The notes beneath the pieces are model-generated. The model worked only from the letters and a program-made list of their open reading frames with translations, was not told the DNA's origin and made no database searches. This document shows positions 32,682 to 42,986 of a stretch of DNA of 64,000 nucleotides, piece after piece (the stretch's first letter is position 1; the number at the start of each line of letters is the position of its first letter). The DNA comes from Tubiluchus corallicola (lineage: Eukaryota; Animalia; Priapulida), in the NCBI GenBank assembly GCA_030141605.1, contig JAQGDQ010002369.1, forward strand, positions 620,001-684,000, in the 5' to 3' direction. Position numbers and translations under genes: made by a program.

Positions 32682-33659
32682 ATGACATCTGACGAGGAGA
32701 CTCGTTTTCTCAAGCGGGGAAGAAAATTCACAAATCCGCATAGGTCCAGCACTTTGAGAAGACCTTGGCATGTTCTTCTTTGGAAGATGGGATATTACAA
32801 TGATCCCGATCCAAGGAAACCTCCTCCGGAAGATTTCACTTATCCTGTAAACCTTTCTCCTTTTCAACCAGATCTTCCCTCTTGTATCTGGATCAATCAC
32901 TGTACTTTTCTCATCAGCGCCGATAAACATTCGATTTTGACTGACCCAGTCTGGAGCAAACATTGTTCACCAGTGCCAATCAGAGGTTTGAAGAGGAAGC
33001 AACCACCTGGGATGCCCTTAGGAGATTTGCCTGACTTGAATATGGTTCTGATCAGCCATAACCATTATGATCACCTGGATGAAAAGACGGTCCGAACTCT
33101 TGCGAGAACCCATCCCCAGACTCAATGGATTGTTCCATTGGGGTTGAAGAAATGGTTTAGAAGAAGAGAGATCGACGCGCACGAACTGGGATGGTGGGAC
33201 TCCAAAGACCATAATTCCCTCCGGATCACAGCAGTCCCTTCCCAGCATTTTTCCGGAAGAGGAGCTTTTGATACGAATAAGAGCCTGTGGAATGGATATG
33301 TCGTTGAATTTACAAAGAGCGGCAAGAAACTTTATTTTTGTGGAGATACCGGCTACAATTGTCATGATTTCAAAAATATTGGCTCCAAGTGGAATCAAAT
33401 GGACTTAAGTCTGATCCCGATAGGTACCTATTCACCGGAAAAATTCATGAAGCCTGTTCATATAGGTCCTGCAGAGGCTGTCCAGATTCACAGGGATGTC
33501 GGTTCTCGCTTTAGCATCGGAATGCACTGGAAAACCTTTCGGCTGTCCGATGAGCCTATGGACCTTCCTCCCTATGAGCTTTATCTTTCGATGAAAGAAG
33601 CTCAACTTCCCTTGGAGAGTTTTATTGCTCTCGATCATGGGAAATATGTCAATTGGTGA
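32682..33659 (+). CDS. MBL-fold hydrolase (NAPE-PLD/RomA-like)
   Basis: ILTDPVWS, ISHNHYDHLD, SQHFSGR, GDTGY, GMHWKTF; likely ATG at 32682. Confidence 0.9.
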   Translation: MTSDEETRFLKRGRKFTNPHRSSTLRRPWHVLLWKMGYYNDPDPRKPPPEDFTYPVNLSPFQPDLPSCIWINHCTFLISADKHSILTDPVWSKHCSPVPIRGLKRKQPPGMPLGDLPDLNMVLISHNHYDHLDEKTVRTLARTHPQTQWIVPLGLKKWFRRREIDAHELGWWDSKDHNSLRITAVPSQHFSGRGAFDTNKSLWNGYVVEFTKSGKKLYFCGDTGYNCHDFKNIGSKWNQMDLSLIPIGTYSPEKFMKPVHIGPAEAVQIHRDVGSRFSIGMHWKTFRLSDEPMDLPPYELYLSMKEAQLPLESFIALDHGKYVNW

Positions 33660-34293
33660 AAAACTAACCTTCTACTCGAAAGTCAAAGCCTTTCAGTGCC
33701 GAGAACAGTTAAAAGCATTGCGGAATTCTTCACTTCGTTTTGAAATTCTATTTCTTATCTATTCTTTCTTTTCCAATCCCTTTCGCGTCACAAGCCGCTT
33801 TAATAAGAAAAGAGGGGAGAAGGAAATCTATACGTATGGAGAAACTCCCTTTACAGCGCTTCAAACCTTGATGGAAGTGCTCAAATTAAAAGAAGAAGAT
33901 GTCTTCTATGATCTTGGTTGTGGAAGGGGAAAACTCTGTTTTTGGATCTCTTCAAAAACAGGTTGCCAAGTCAGGGGATGGGACTGGAATCCAAAGTTCA
34001 TTTCAAGGGCAAACGGATTAAAAAAGCTTCTGGGAATTTCAACTCTCAACTTTGAGTGCAAAGATTTCACTGCCGAAGACTTTTCTGCGGCCACTTGCGT
34101 TTATCTGTTTGGTCTTTTTTTGAGCGAAAGTCAAATCAGACATTTGGAAAAGAGGTTTGCTTTATTGAAATCCGGAACGCGCCTTATCTCTGTCGGTTTT
34201 CCTTTTTCTTCCAAATTTTTTATGACGACTCAAACCTTCTTATTATCATTCCCTTGGGGAAAAACCGAAGCCTATCTACAGGCAAAAAAATAA
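33646..34293 (+). CDS. Class I SAM-dependent methyltransferase (DOT1-like motif)
   Basis: YGETP...FYDLGCGRGK. Confidence 0.8.
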   Translation: MSIGEKLTFYSKVKAFQCREQLKALRNSSLRFEILFLIYSFFSNPFRVTSRFNKKRGEKEIYTYGETPFTALQTLMEVLKLKEEDVFYDLGCGRGKLCFWISSKTGCQVRGWDWNPKFISRANGLKKLLGISTLNFECKDFTAEDFSAATCVYLFGLFLSESQIRHLEKRFALLKSGTRLISVGFPFSSKFFMTTQTFLLSFPWGKTEAYLQAKK

Positions 34294-34347
34294 AAAGTTC
34301 TTTTCCGATTTCTCCTAATTTTCTATATAAAAGCCATAGGTGAACAA

Positions 34348-34698
34348 ATGGCTGATTTAGCTTCTAAGCACTGCGTTGCATGTAAGGGGGGAACACTGCC
34401 CCTAAAGGGAGACCAGTTAATAGAGCTGTTGAAGCAGCTTGGGGAAGGTTGGTTTTTAGAAGGAGAGCATCGTCTTGAAAAAGGCTTTAAATTTAAAGAC
34501 TTTAAAGAAGCGCTCGATTTCACCAACCAAATAGGGAAAATTGCTGAACAAGAAGGACACCATCCAGATATCTACCTATCCTGGGGGAAAGTCAAAGTGA
34601 CGCTATATACCCATAAAATAGAAGGTCTATCCGAGAGTGATTTTATCATGGCAGCGAAGTGTGATGATGCCTTTGTCACCAAGTACAGCAAACAATAG
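34348..34698 (+). CDS. phhB: Pterin-4-alpha-carbinolamine dehydratase
   Basis: AEQEGHHPDI, THKIEGLSESDFIMAAK. Confidence 0.93.
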   Translation: MADLASKHCVACKGGTLPLKGDQLIELLKQLGEGWFLEGEHRLEKGFKFKDFKEALDFTNQIGKIAEQEGHHPDIYLSWGKVKVTLYTHKIEGLSESDFIMAAKCDDAFVTKYSKQ

Positions 34699-34707
34699 AT
34701 TTGGGGG

Positions 34708-34760
34708 AGTCTGCTTTTTGAAGATCTTTCGATTCAAAAGCAGACTCTAAGTTTTTTCTC
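34708..34760 (+). terminator. Hairpin / probable intrinsic terminator after phhB
   Basis: GAGTCTGCTTTT...AAAAGCAGACTC inverted repeat followed by a T-run. Confidence 0.6.
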
Positions 34761-34764
34761 TTTC

Positions 34765-34938
34765 ATATACTCGTTCCACTTGAATTGCCCCTACGAAAAA
34801 CGAATTAAAATCTCTCAAAATTGCAATTAAACAGCGTCGGCCATGTTAACTTAACATTGTCCTAGCTGTTTAATTGCAATTTTGCGGATTTAAATAAATC
34901 GTTTTGCGTTTGGGGCCCTTGAAGTGGAAGGAGTATAT
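34765..34938. repeat. 174-bp palindromic MITE-like element
   Basis: Terminal arms ATATACTC(g)TTCCACTT and AAGTGGAA(g)GAGTATAT; perfect 20-bp internal inverted repeat at 34816-34835 / 34865-34884. Confidence 0.75.
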
Positions 34939-35005
34939 CCTCTCTTGTTCCAAAAAAAAAACAAACGTTATAAAAAAATGAATGATACTTGAATGTAGGT
35001 AAGTC

Positions 35006-35818
35006 ATGAGTATACCGATCAAAAAACTGAATGATGGCGTCGAAATTCCCATGCTAGGTCTGGGAACCTGGCAACAGGAAGGGGAGAAATGTGTCGATGC
35101 TGTCAAGATGGCGCTTGAATTGGGATACCATCATATCGATACCGCTCATGCTTATTACAATCATAATGAAGTGCGAAAAGGCATCGGGGATTACCCCAGA
35201 GATAAGCTCTTTGTCACCACTAAGCTTTGGAGGGAATTCCACAGCCCTAAACTCGTCGAGTCTACCTGCGATCAAAGTCTGAAGGACCTCGGTATGGACT
35301 ACATCGATCTCTATCTAATCCATTGGCCGGAGAGAAAGAATATGATCGATATTCTGGGTGAAATGCACAAATTGAAAGATAAGGGCAAGGTACGAAGCGT
35401 CGGTCTTTGCAATTCTACGATCCATCATGTTCAGGATACGATCGATCAGAAAGTCCCTATCTCTATGAATCAGGTAGAGTTTCATCCCTTTTTGAACCAG
35501 GACGAGCTTCTGCAGTTCTGCCATAAGAACAAGATCGATGTTACCGGGTATTCTCCTTTGGCCCACGGTAAAGTATTTAAAGAGCCTATCATGCAGGAAA
35601 TCGCACAAATGCATAAGAAGACACCTGCTCAGGTCTCTCTGCGATGGCTCCATCAAAAAGACATCATCGTTCCTCCGAAAGGATCTTCCATGGAGCACAT
35701 TAAGGAAAACATGGAGATCTTCGATTTTGAATTGAGTGATGAAGAGATGAGAAAAATCGACTCTCTCGGTAGAGACGAAAGGATCATCGTTCCCGACTTC
35801 AACGAGTTCGATTATTAA
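35006..35818 (+). CDS. Aldo/keto reductase
   Basis: GLGTW, IDTAHAY, FVTTKLW, DLYLIHWP, YSPLAHG. Confidence 0.93.
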   Translation: MSIPIKKLNDGVEIPMLGLGTWQQEGEKCVDAVKMALELGYHHIDTAHAYYNHNEVRKGIGDYPRDKLFVTTKLWREFHSPKLVESTCDQSLKDLGMDYIDLYLIHWPERKNMIDILGEMHKLKDKGKVRSVGLCNSTIHHVQDTIDQKVPISMNQVEFHPFLNQDELLQFCHKNKIDVTGYSPLAHGKVFKEPIMQEIAQMHKKTPAQVSLRWLHQKDIIVPPKGSSMEHIKENMEIFDFELSDEEMRKIDSLGRDERIIVPDFNEFDY

Positions 35819-36953
35819 TCTCAGCTTTGACGCGTTTCATTAACTCGTCCCAATTTCCCAATTCCTTTTGCCGCATAGCCTGCACTGAATCATACCAGAG
35901 ATTATCCTCGTTTTCTCCAGCCCATTTGATGTCATGATTTTCAGGAAGAAGAGCGAGAGTAGGACAGCCTAAAGCTCCAGCAAGGTGGGAGGTTGAAGTG
36001 CCAATCGTTACGATCAGGTCGAGGCTTTTCATAAAGGCGGCGGTATCGGCAAATGTTTTGATCTTGGGGCTTAAATTGATCACTTGGGAAGTTTTTTCAA
36101 GCTGTTTTTCCGCAGGGCCTTTTTGCAGAGAATAGAACGACACATTGGTCAAATCGAAAAGAGAAGAGAATGTAGAGAGAGAGGTCGAGAGGTCTTTATC
36201 ATGGATATGATCGGGATCTCCCTGCCAGACAATGCCGATATTGAATGTGCGAGGATTCAATTCTTTCTTAGCCTCGGAGACCATTCGCTCATTCACATGG
36301 AGGTAAGGGTTCTTCTGAATATCTGAAATATGGACGTCCAAAAGATGGGGCAAGGCAAGAAGACTTGCATGCATGTCATACTTAAGTTCGGAAAGTTTCT
36401 TATCGGGATCCACGATTTCAATCTCTCCTGCAAATGAAGAGCGAAACAGCTCGACGAGGGGCTTTTGAGGAATGAACATGACCTTCTGGGCTTTTTGCTT
36501 CAAAAGCTTCAAAAAACGGGAAAACTGGAGTGAGTCTCCATGACCTTTTTTAGCATACACAAGGATGGTTTTTTTTCTTAAATCTTCTCCCTGCCATGCC
36601 GGTTTGAAAAAGAAGTGGTTACCGAAGAACCAGTGCTCTTCTTCAGTCCAAGTATTGATCTCTTTTCCAAAGGGGACCTCGATGAAATCGGGATTAAGGG
36701 AAAGGGCCTTGAAGTAAGTTCTTTCCGCCTCATCTATATTGCCCTCGGCGAGAAAAGCCTCTGCCAGATCCGCATATTGGGCAAGATTGTAAGGATTCTC
36801 TTTGAGCTGTTGTTTGAGAAGGGGGATTTTGGAATCGGTCGTAGCTATGAGAGGTGTAAAAAGTAGAAGGGAACTAGCAAGGTAATGAGTAATGTTTTTT
36901 TGAATCATCAACGACTCCTGGTCAGAGCTTCCTTTAGAAAAAAAAATTAACAA
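35799..36953 (-). CDS. TPR + glycosyltransferase family 9-like protein
   Basis: N-terminal TPR, WQGEDL, GHGDSLQFSRF, IGIVWQG, HLAGALG; true start may be downstream (MIQKN). Confidence 0.8.
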   Translation of the reverse strand: MLIFFSKGSSDQESLMIQKNITHYLASSLLLFTPLIATTDSKIPLLKQQLKENPYNLAQYADLAEAFLAEGNIDEAERTYFKALSLNPDFIEVPFGKEINTWTEEEHWFFGNHFFFKPAWQGEDLRKKTILVYAKKGHGDSLQFSRFLKLLKQKAQKVMFIPQKPLVELFRSSFAGEIEIVDPDKKLSELKYDMHASLLALPHLLDVHISDIQKNPYLHVNERMVSEAKKELNPRTFNIGIVWQGDPDHIHDKDLSTSLSTFSSLFDLTNVSFYSLQKGPAEKQLEKTSQVINLSPKIKTFADTAAFMKSLDLIVTIGTSTSHLAGALGCPTLALLPENHDIKWAGENEDNLWYDSVQAMRQKELGNWDELMKRVKAEINNRTR

Positions 36954-37025
36954 TTTTCTCTATTAAGAACAACTTGATCCCAAAAAGGGCATCGATTATC
37001 TTCTGACGTTGTTTTGGAGAAAATC

Positions 37026-38912
37026 ATGAAATATTGTGAAAGCATCTATCAGACCAAGAGATGGAAGACCCGAGTGGTTCCAGTCGGCAATGTGAATGTT
37101 GGAGGAGACAATCCAATCCGCATTCAATCGATGACAACCTCTGATACTCGCGACGTAGAAGCAACGATTGCTCAGATCATGAAACTGGCCGATCACGGTT
37201 GCGAGATTGCCCGTGTGACCGTCCAGGGTAAAAAAGAAGCTTTTGCCTGCGAAGGAATCAAGAATGGTCTGATTCAAAAAGGGTATACGATTCCTCTTGT
37301 CGCCGATATTCATTTCTATCCTCCAGCCGCCATGATCGTAGCAGATTATGCAGACAAAGTACGCGTCAATCCGGGAAACTTTGTCGATCGGAGAGCGACC
37401 TTCCGGGTCATCGAATACAACGATGAAACCTATGCTTCTGAAATCGAAAAGATCGAAGAAAAGTTTACACCCCTCGTCGAAAAATGTAAAAATTTGAAAC
37501 GGGCCATGCGCATTGGGACCAATCATGGATCTCTTTCCGACCGAATCATGAACCGGTATGGCGATACGCCTAGAGGGATGGTCGAGTCCGCCCTTGAATT
37601 TGCCCGCGTCTGCCGAAAGCTCGATTACCATGATATTATTTTTTCAATGAAGGCAAGCAATACGGTCGTAATGATCGAGGCTTATCGCCTGCTCGTTGCA
37701 GAGATGATGAAGCTTGGGTGGGATTATCCACTTCACTTAGGTGTTACAGAAGCAGGAGAAGGAGAAGATGGAAGAGTGAAGTCCTCCATTGGAATCGGCT
37801 CATTGCTACTCGACGAACTTGGAGATACGATTCGAGTGTCTCTTACAGAAGACCCCTGGAAAGAAATCGACCCCTGCATACGCCTTATCCAAAGTTATGA
37901 GAACTGGAAAAAACAATCCTTTGAACCATTTGAAGAGACAACAAGAGACTTCCAGGAACACATCCGAAGGTCTGTTTTCATACAGGAACCTCTTCATCGG
38001 GATGGCTCTGTTCTTTTAAAAGTGACAGAAGAAGATCTGTTGAAGTCTGATTTCTTTTCCCAAATTGGCTGCAAGGTGCAGCTCAATCAGCCTGAAAAAA
38101 CTCTCTCTACCGTTGATGCCATTTTCATCGATTCCATTCCCAAGCAAGCAGAAGAGGTTCTGACCAAACTTCAAAAGATTGGAGTAGGCGTTCTCTCAAA
38201 AGAAAGAAGCCCTTACTCCTTTTTTGTTCAATCGCTTCAGAGCGATGAAAAACCCGATGTCATTGAGCTAAATGGAGAAGAAGAAAACTGGGAGAGACTC
38301 AAAGAAATCAATCCTCTCTTTATTCTTTTCCGACCGAAAAAGTCTTTTGTCGCCCACGCCCGAAGATTTTTCGAATGGCTTCGAAAAGAGAGACTCTCCA
38401 TTCCTGTTGTTTTATCTTTTTCCTATGATCTACCAACAGATGATCTCGCCATCCGAACTTCGAGCGAGATTGGAGCTCTTCTCACAGATGGCCTCGGTGA
38501 AGGAATCTGTATCGAGACAAAGATCAACCTCGATGATCTTTCTTCTCTTAGTTTCAGCATCCTGCAAGGCTGCCGTATGAGAACGATCAAGACTGAATTC
38601 ATTTCCTGCCCAGGCTGTGGAAGGACCCTGTTCGATCTTCAGGATGTCGCTAAAAGCATCCGGGAAAAAACCGAACATCTTCCCGGCGTCAAAATCGCTA
38701 TTATGGGTTGCATTGTCAATGGTCCCGGCGAGATGGCCGATGCTGATTTTGGATATGTTGGGTCAAGGCCCGAGATGATCGATCTCTATGTCGGCAAGAC
38801 ATGTGTAGAGAAGAACATTCCTCACTCAGAAGCGGTGGAAAAATTGATCAATTTGATCAAGGCACATGGAAGATGGGTTGAACCGGAGATTTTAGAAGAG
38901 ACAACAGTATAG
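37026..38912 (+). CDS. ispG: HMBPP synthase, long chlamydial/plant-type
   Basis: IRIQSMT, RVNPGN, GTNHGSLS, LGVTEAG, SCPGCGRT, MGCIVNGPGE; central insert. Confidence 0.96.
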   Translation: MKYCESIYQTKRWKTRVVPVGNVNVGGDNPIRIQSMTTSDTRDVEATIAQIMKLADHGCEIARVTVQGKKEAFACEGIKNGLIQKGYTIPLVADIHFYPPAAMIVADYADKVRVNPGNFVDRRATFRVIEYNDETYASEIEKIEEKFTPLVEKCKNLKRAMRIGTNHGSLSDRIMNRYGDTPRGMVESALEFARVCRKLDYHDIIFSMKASNTVVMIEAYRLLVAEMMKLGWDYPLHLGVTEAGEGEDGRVKSSIGIGSLLLDELGDTIRVSLTEDPWKEIDPCIRLIQSYENWKKQSFEPFEETTRDFQEHIRRSVFIQEPLHRDGSVLLKVTEEDLLKSDFFSQIGCKVQLNQPEKTLSTVDAIFIDSIPKQAEEVLTKLQKIGVGVLSKERSPYSFFVQSLQSDEKPDVIELNGEEENWERLKEINPLFILFRPKKSFVAHARRFFEWLRKERLSIPVVLSFSYDLPTDDLAIRTSSEIGALLTDGLGEGICIETKINLDDLSSLSFSILQGCRMRTIKTEFISCPGCGRTLFDLQDVAKSIREKTEHLPGVKIAIMGCIVNGPGEMADADFGYVGSRPEMIDLYVGKTCVEKNIPHSEAVEKLINLIKAHGRWVEPEILEETTV

Positions 38913-38971
38913 AAATCATTTTATACCCTTCCTTTTTTTCCTGGTGCCGACTATAATTCTCAGCTATTGCT

Positions 38972-41503
38972 ATGGCGTACGATCATCAAAAAATAGAAAA
39001 GAAATGGCAGAAGTTTTGGAAAGAAAACGAAACTTTCAAAGCCGAAATCAATGAAAACTCCAAATACTACATTTTGGACATGTTTCCCTATCCTTCCGGA
39101 GCGGGACTTCACGTCGGTCATGTAACGGGATATACAGGTACCGATATTCTCGCTCGCTACAAGAGACAGAAAGGGTTTAATGTCCTTCATCCCATGGGAT
39201 GGGACAGTTTCGGTCTTCCTGCAGAACAATACGCCATTCGCACGGGTACTCACCCGGCAATCACCACCCAGAAAAACATCGATACTTACAGACGTCAATT
39301 GCAGGAACTTGGGTTCAGCTATGACTGGGACCGGGAAATAGCGACTAGCGAACCTGAATATTATAAATGGACCCAGTGGATCCTCACCAAGCTTTATGAA
39401 AAAGGGCTTGCTTACGAGGCAGAGATCAACGTCAATTTCTGTCCTGAGCTCGGAACCGTTTTGGCCAATGAAGAAGTAGAAGACGGAAAATCCAAAGAAG
39501 GGGGATTTCCAGTTGAGAGAAAACCACTGAGACAATGGATGTTCCGTATTACTGATTATGCAGAACGTCTTTTGCAAGACCTTGAGCATTTGGACTGGCC
39601 GGAACATTTGAAACGGCTTCAACAGAACTGGATTGGAAAAAGCATAGGATCCAAAGTTACGTTCGTTGAGATAGAAACTGAAGAGCCGATTACTGTCTTT
39701 ACAACCCGTCCCGATACTCTTTTCGGCTCGACCTATCTTGTACTGGCTCCTGAGCATCCACTCATCGAACGGATCACCACTTCTGAACAACGTGCAGATG
39801 TAGAAGACTATAAAAAACAGACAGCTCTGAAAAGCGATCTAGAGAGGACTGATCTTGCCAAAGACAAGACTGGAGTCTTTACGGGAGCCTTTGCACACCA
39901 TCCGATCACCAAAGAGAAAGTCCCCATTTGGATTTCCGATTATGTCTTAGCCCATTATGGGACAGGTTCTGTAATGGCCGTCCCTGCTCACGATGAAAGG
40001 GACTTTGAATTTGCCACAAAATTCGATCTTCCGATCACTTGTGTTTACGATCCCAACACAGACGATGAAGAAATCAAGAAAGAAGTATTCAATGGAAAAC
40101 ACTGCTGGACAGAAGACGGCTCTTGCATCAACAGCACTTTCGAAGACTTTTCCCTCAATGGACTGAATGTCGCTGATGCAAAGGAAAAAATGATCGAATG
40201 GCTTGTCGAGAAGAAGAAAGGAGAGCGGTCGATTCAGTACAAGTTGCGGGACTGGCTTTTTTCACGGCAACGATACTGGGGAGAGCCGATACCGATTTTG
40301 CATTTCGAAGATGGTTCTAAACGGGCTCTCGATGTAGATGAACTCCCTCTGTGTCCTCCAACTTTAGAGGATTACAAACCCTCTCCAACCGGAGAAAGCC
40401 CATTGGCCAAAGTCAAAGGCTGGGTGGAGATCAAAGATTCCAAGACAGGAAAAAAAGCATTCAGAGAAACAAATACGATGCCCCAGTGGGCAGGTTCCTG
40501 CTGGTATTATCTTCGTTTTTGCGATCCTCATAACGATCAAGAGGCTTGGAGCGCGCAGTCAGAAAATTACTGGATGCCGATCGATCTTTATGTCGGTGGG
40601 GCCGAACATGCTGTTTTGCACCTGTTATATGCACGTTTTTGGCACAAAGTTCTTTATGATTGCGGTCTTGTCCACACTTCTGAGCCTTTTCCAACCTACC
40701 GGAATCAAGGCCTCGTTCACGCTCCTGCCTTTAAAAAGAAAGAAGGGGGATATGTTGCTCCTGAGAAAGTGAACAAAGAAAACGGACGGAACATCGATTC
40801 CGATACAGGGGAAGAATTGATCGAGATCCATGAAAAGATGTCCAAATCAAAACTCAATGGGGTTGTTCCTGATGAGATCGTAGAAGACTTTGGGGCTGAT
40901 GCTCTGCGCCTCTATGAGATGTTCATGGGACCTTTCGATAAGGAAAAGCTGTGGAATACTGATGCTGTCAATGGCTGCTGGCGCTTTTTGAAACGATTTT
41001 ATGAAATGGCCATGTCCGACAAAGTTGTCGATGAAGACTCTGATGAGGGACTTCGTTTGGCGCATCGCCTGGTTAAGAAAGTAACCGACGATATCGAGGG
41101 AATGCAGTTCAACACGGCCATCGCCCATATGATGGAGTTCCTCAATGATTTTTCTCCCCTCGGCAAATATCCAAAAAAAGCAGTAAAGATGGCTGCTCAA
41201 ATGATCTCTCCTTTTGCACCCCATATTTCTGAAGAGATCTGGGAGCACCTGGGAGAAAAGACGACCATCGCCTATGCGCCGATTCCGGAAGTAAACGAAA
41301 AGTACCTCGTTGACGACACAGCCATGTATATATTGCAGATCAATGGAAAAGTAAGAGGGAAATGGGAACTTCCCAAAGGGCAGACCAAAGAACAGCTTCT
41401 CGACTTTGTCAAAGAGCAGCCTCAAGCCCAAAAATATCTTACGGGGGAAATAACCAAAGTGATCTATGTGCCGGACAAATTATTGAACCTCGTAGTGAAA
41501 TGA
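38972..41503 (+). CDS. leuS: Leucyl-tRNA synthetase
   Basis: MFPYPSGAGLHVGH, FTTRPDT, KMSKS. Confidence 0.98.
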   Translation: MAYDHQKIEKKWQKFWKENETFKAEINENSKYYILDMFPYPSGAGLHVGHVTGYTGTDILARYKRQKGFNVLHPMGWDSFGLPAEQYAIRTGTHPAITTQKNIDTYRRQLQELGFSYDWDREIATSEPEYYKWTQWILTKLYEKGLAYEAEINVNFCPELGTVLANEEVEDGKSKEGGFPVERKPLRQWMFRITDYAERLLQDLEHLDWPEHLKRLQQNWIGKSIGSKVTFVEIETEEPITVFTTRPDTLFGSTYLVLAPEHPLIERITTSEQRADVEDYKKQTALKSDLERTDLAKDKTGVFTGAFAHHPITKEKVPIWISDYVLAHYGTGSVMAVPAHDERDFEFATKFDLPITCVYDPNTDDEEIKKEVFNGKHCWTEDGSCINSTFEDFSLNGLNVADAKEKMIEWLVEKKKGERSIQYKLRDWLFSRQRYWGEPIPILHFEDGSKRALDVDELPLCPPTLEDYKPSPTGESPLAKVKGWVEIKDSKTGKKAFRETNTMPQWAGSCWYYLRFCDPHNDQEAWSAQSENYWMPIDLYVGGAEHAVLHLLYARFWHKVLYDCGLVHTSEPFPTYRNQGLVHAPAFKKKEGGYVAPEKVNKENGRNIDSDTGEELIEIHEKMSKSKLNGVVPDEIVEDFGADALRLYEMFMGPFDKEKLWNTDAVNGCWRFLKRFYEMAMSDKVVDEDSDEGLRLAHRLVKKVTDDIEGMQFNTAIAHMMEFLNDFSPLGKYPKKAVKMAAQMISPFAPHISEEIWEHLGEKTTIAYAPIPEVNEKYLVDDTAMYILQINGKVRGKWELPKGQTKEQLLDFVKEQPQAQKYLTGEITKVIYVPDKLLNLVVK

Positions 41504-42780
41504 TCTTTTCCTTTTTCTATAACTCCATCCTCTCTCTAGCTTTTCTCTCCATTCTTCCTAAACGACTCTATCAATGGGTCCGACGCCAAAAAGAAAGAAA
41601 GCACGTCTTTCAGCGGATTGGATGGATTCTCCCCATGATCCATCATACAACGGAAAAACCACTCATATGGGTCCATGCTATTTCTCTAGGTGAAACAAAA
41701 GCTGCCATTTCCTTTATCCGAAAGATCCGAGCCGAGTACCCCGACGCTTTTATTTTACTCTCATCAGTTACTGAAACAGGTCATGAACAAGCATTGAAAG
41801 TAACCGAAGTCGATCAGGCTATTTTCTTTCCTCTCGATTTTTCATGGACCATGAAAAAACTCCTAAAAAAAGCCCGGCCTGACTACGTCTTTCTGGTCGA
41901 GACCGATTTCTGGTATCACTTCTTAACCTATGCAAAAAAAGCAGGAGCTAAAATCGCTATCGTCAGCGGCAAACTTTCAGAGAGATCGACCTTCTTCTAC
42001 CGGATTATTTCAGCCTTCTCCCGAAAGCTCTTTTCTCCCATCGATCTCTTTTGCGTACAAAACGAAAACTATAAGAAAAGATTCATTTCCTCTGGAGTCG
42101 ATCCCTCTAAAATAGTCGTCACTTCAAATCTGAAATTTTCTTATTCACCCCAAACTTCTACGAATGAAGAACTGACCTCCTGGAAAGAAAAACTGGGAGT
42201 CTCAGAAGGAGACTCAGTGATCACTCTGGCCTCTACCCATCAACCTGAAGAGATTTGGTTGATGAACCGACTTCAAAAACTCAGAGGGAAGTTCAAGCAT
42301 CTGAAGATCCTTCTTGCACCACGACATCCTGAACGCTTTTCTACCGTAAAGGCTGCCCTGGAAAAAGCAGGTTTCTCTTTTTCCACACTCAGCTCTCTGG
42401 GTAAAGAGGTAAAGGATCTTATCCTGGTCGACCGGATGGGCTTTCTTCCTGTTTGTTTCCAACTCAGTTCTCTTGCTATTGTAGGTGGGAGTTTCCGGAA
42501 CAAGATCGGAGGGCATAATATCCTCGAGCCCTGCTTCTACCAAACACCTGTTTTCTTCGGTCCCTTTATGCAGGCGCAAAAAGAACTGGAGGCAGAAGTC
42601 CTTTCATCCGGTGCTGGTCAGCAAGTCCCTATTGAATCCTTTGAAAACAAAGTAAGAGAATTTTTAGAGAGCTCAGAGATCCGTGACAAGATGAAACAAA
42701 ATACCCGCCTGCTCACTCAAAATCTGTCTGCAGGAGTTCAGTGTACCTGGAAAGCAGTCGAGTCTCTCTTTTCACCTTGA
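41500..42780 (+). CDS. waaA: KDO transferase
   Basis: WVHAISLGE, FPLDF, ETDFW, PRHPER, GGHNILEP; ATGA overlap with the leuS stop. Confidence 0.93.
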   Translation: MIFSFFYNSILSLAFLSILPKRLYQWVRRQKERKHVFQRIGWILPMIHHTTEKPLIWVHAISLGETKAAISFIRKIRAEYPDAFILLSSVTETGHEQALKVTEVDQAIFFPLDFSWTMKKLLKKARPDYVFLVETDFWYHFLTYAKKAGAKIAIVSGKLSERSTFFYRIISAFSRKLFSPIDLFCVQNENYKKRFISSGVDPSKIVVTSNLKFSYSPQTSTNEELTSWKEKLGVSEGDSVITLASTHQPEEIWLMNRLQKLRGKFKHLKILLAPRHPERFSTVKAALEKAGFSFSTLSSLGKEVKDLILVDRMGFLPVCFQLSSLAIVGGSFRNKIGGHNILEPCFYQTPVFFGPFMQAQKELEAEVLSSGAGQQVPIESFENKVREFLESSEIRDKMKQNTRLLTQNLSAGVQCTWKAVESLFSP

Positions 42781-42805
42781 GAATAAATCCTTTGCAGTTT
42801 ATGAT
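42777..42805 (+). promoter_or_regulatory. sigma66-type promoter of the tRNA pair
   Basis: TTGAGA-17 nt-TATGAT just upstream of tRNA-fMet. Confidence 0.6.
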
Positions 42806-42821
42806 CTTGGTTTAAATTTAT

Positions 42822-42894
42822 CGCGGGATGGAGCAGTGGTTAGCTCGTTGGGCTCATAACCCAAAGGTCGGAGGTTCGAATCCTCCTCCCGCTA
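42822..42894 (+). tRNA. tRNA-fMet (CAT), initiator; CCA not encoded
   Basis: Cloverleaf CGCGGGA...TCCCGCTA with an unpaired 1:72, GGG/CCC anticodon stem, CTCATAA loop, GTTCGAATC T-loop. Confidence 0.95.
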
Positions 42895-42906
42895 ATTCTC
42901 TTTCGG

Positions 42907-42980
42907 GGCGGCATAGCTCAGTTGGTTAGAGCAACGGAATCATAATCCGTGTGTCCTTGGTTCGAATCCGAGTGCCGCTA
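42907..42980 (+). tRNA. tRNA-Met (CAT), probably elongator
   Basis: GGCGGCA/TGCCGCT acceptor stem, ACGGA-ATCATAA-TCCGT anticodon arm, GTTCGAATC. Confidence 0.92.
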
Positions 42981-42986
42981 ATAGCC

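Noticed and set aside
36996-41431. Long antisense ORFs (211, 276 and 194 aa) opposite ispG and leuS
   Set aside because: Shadow frames of highly conserved genes with no protein motifs; the same applies to 57826-58623 opposite the HD gene
41362-41499. N-terminal extension of waaA in the ORF track
   Set aside because: Overlaps leuS; the real start is the ATGA-coupled ATG at 41500
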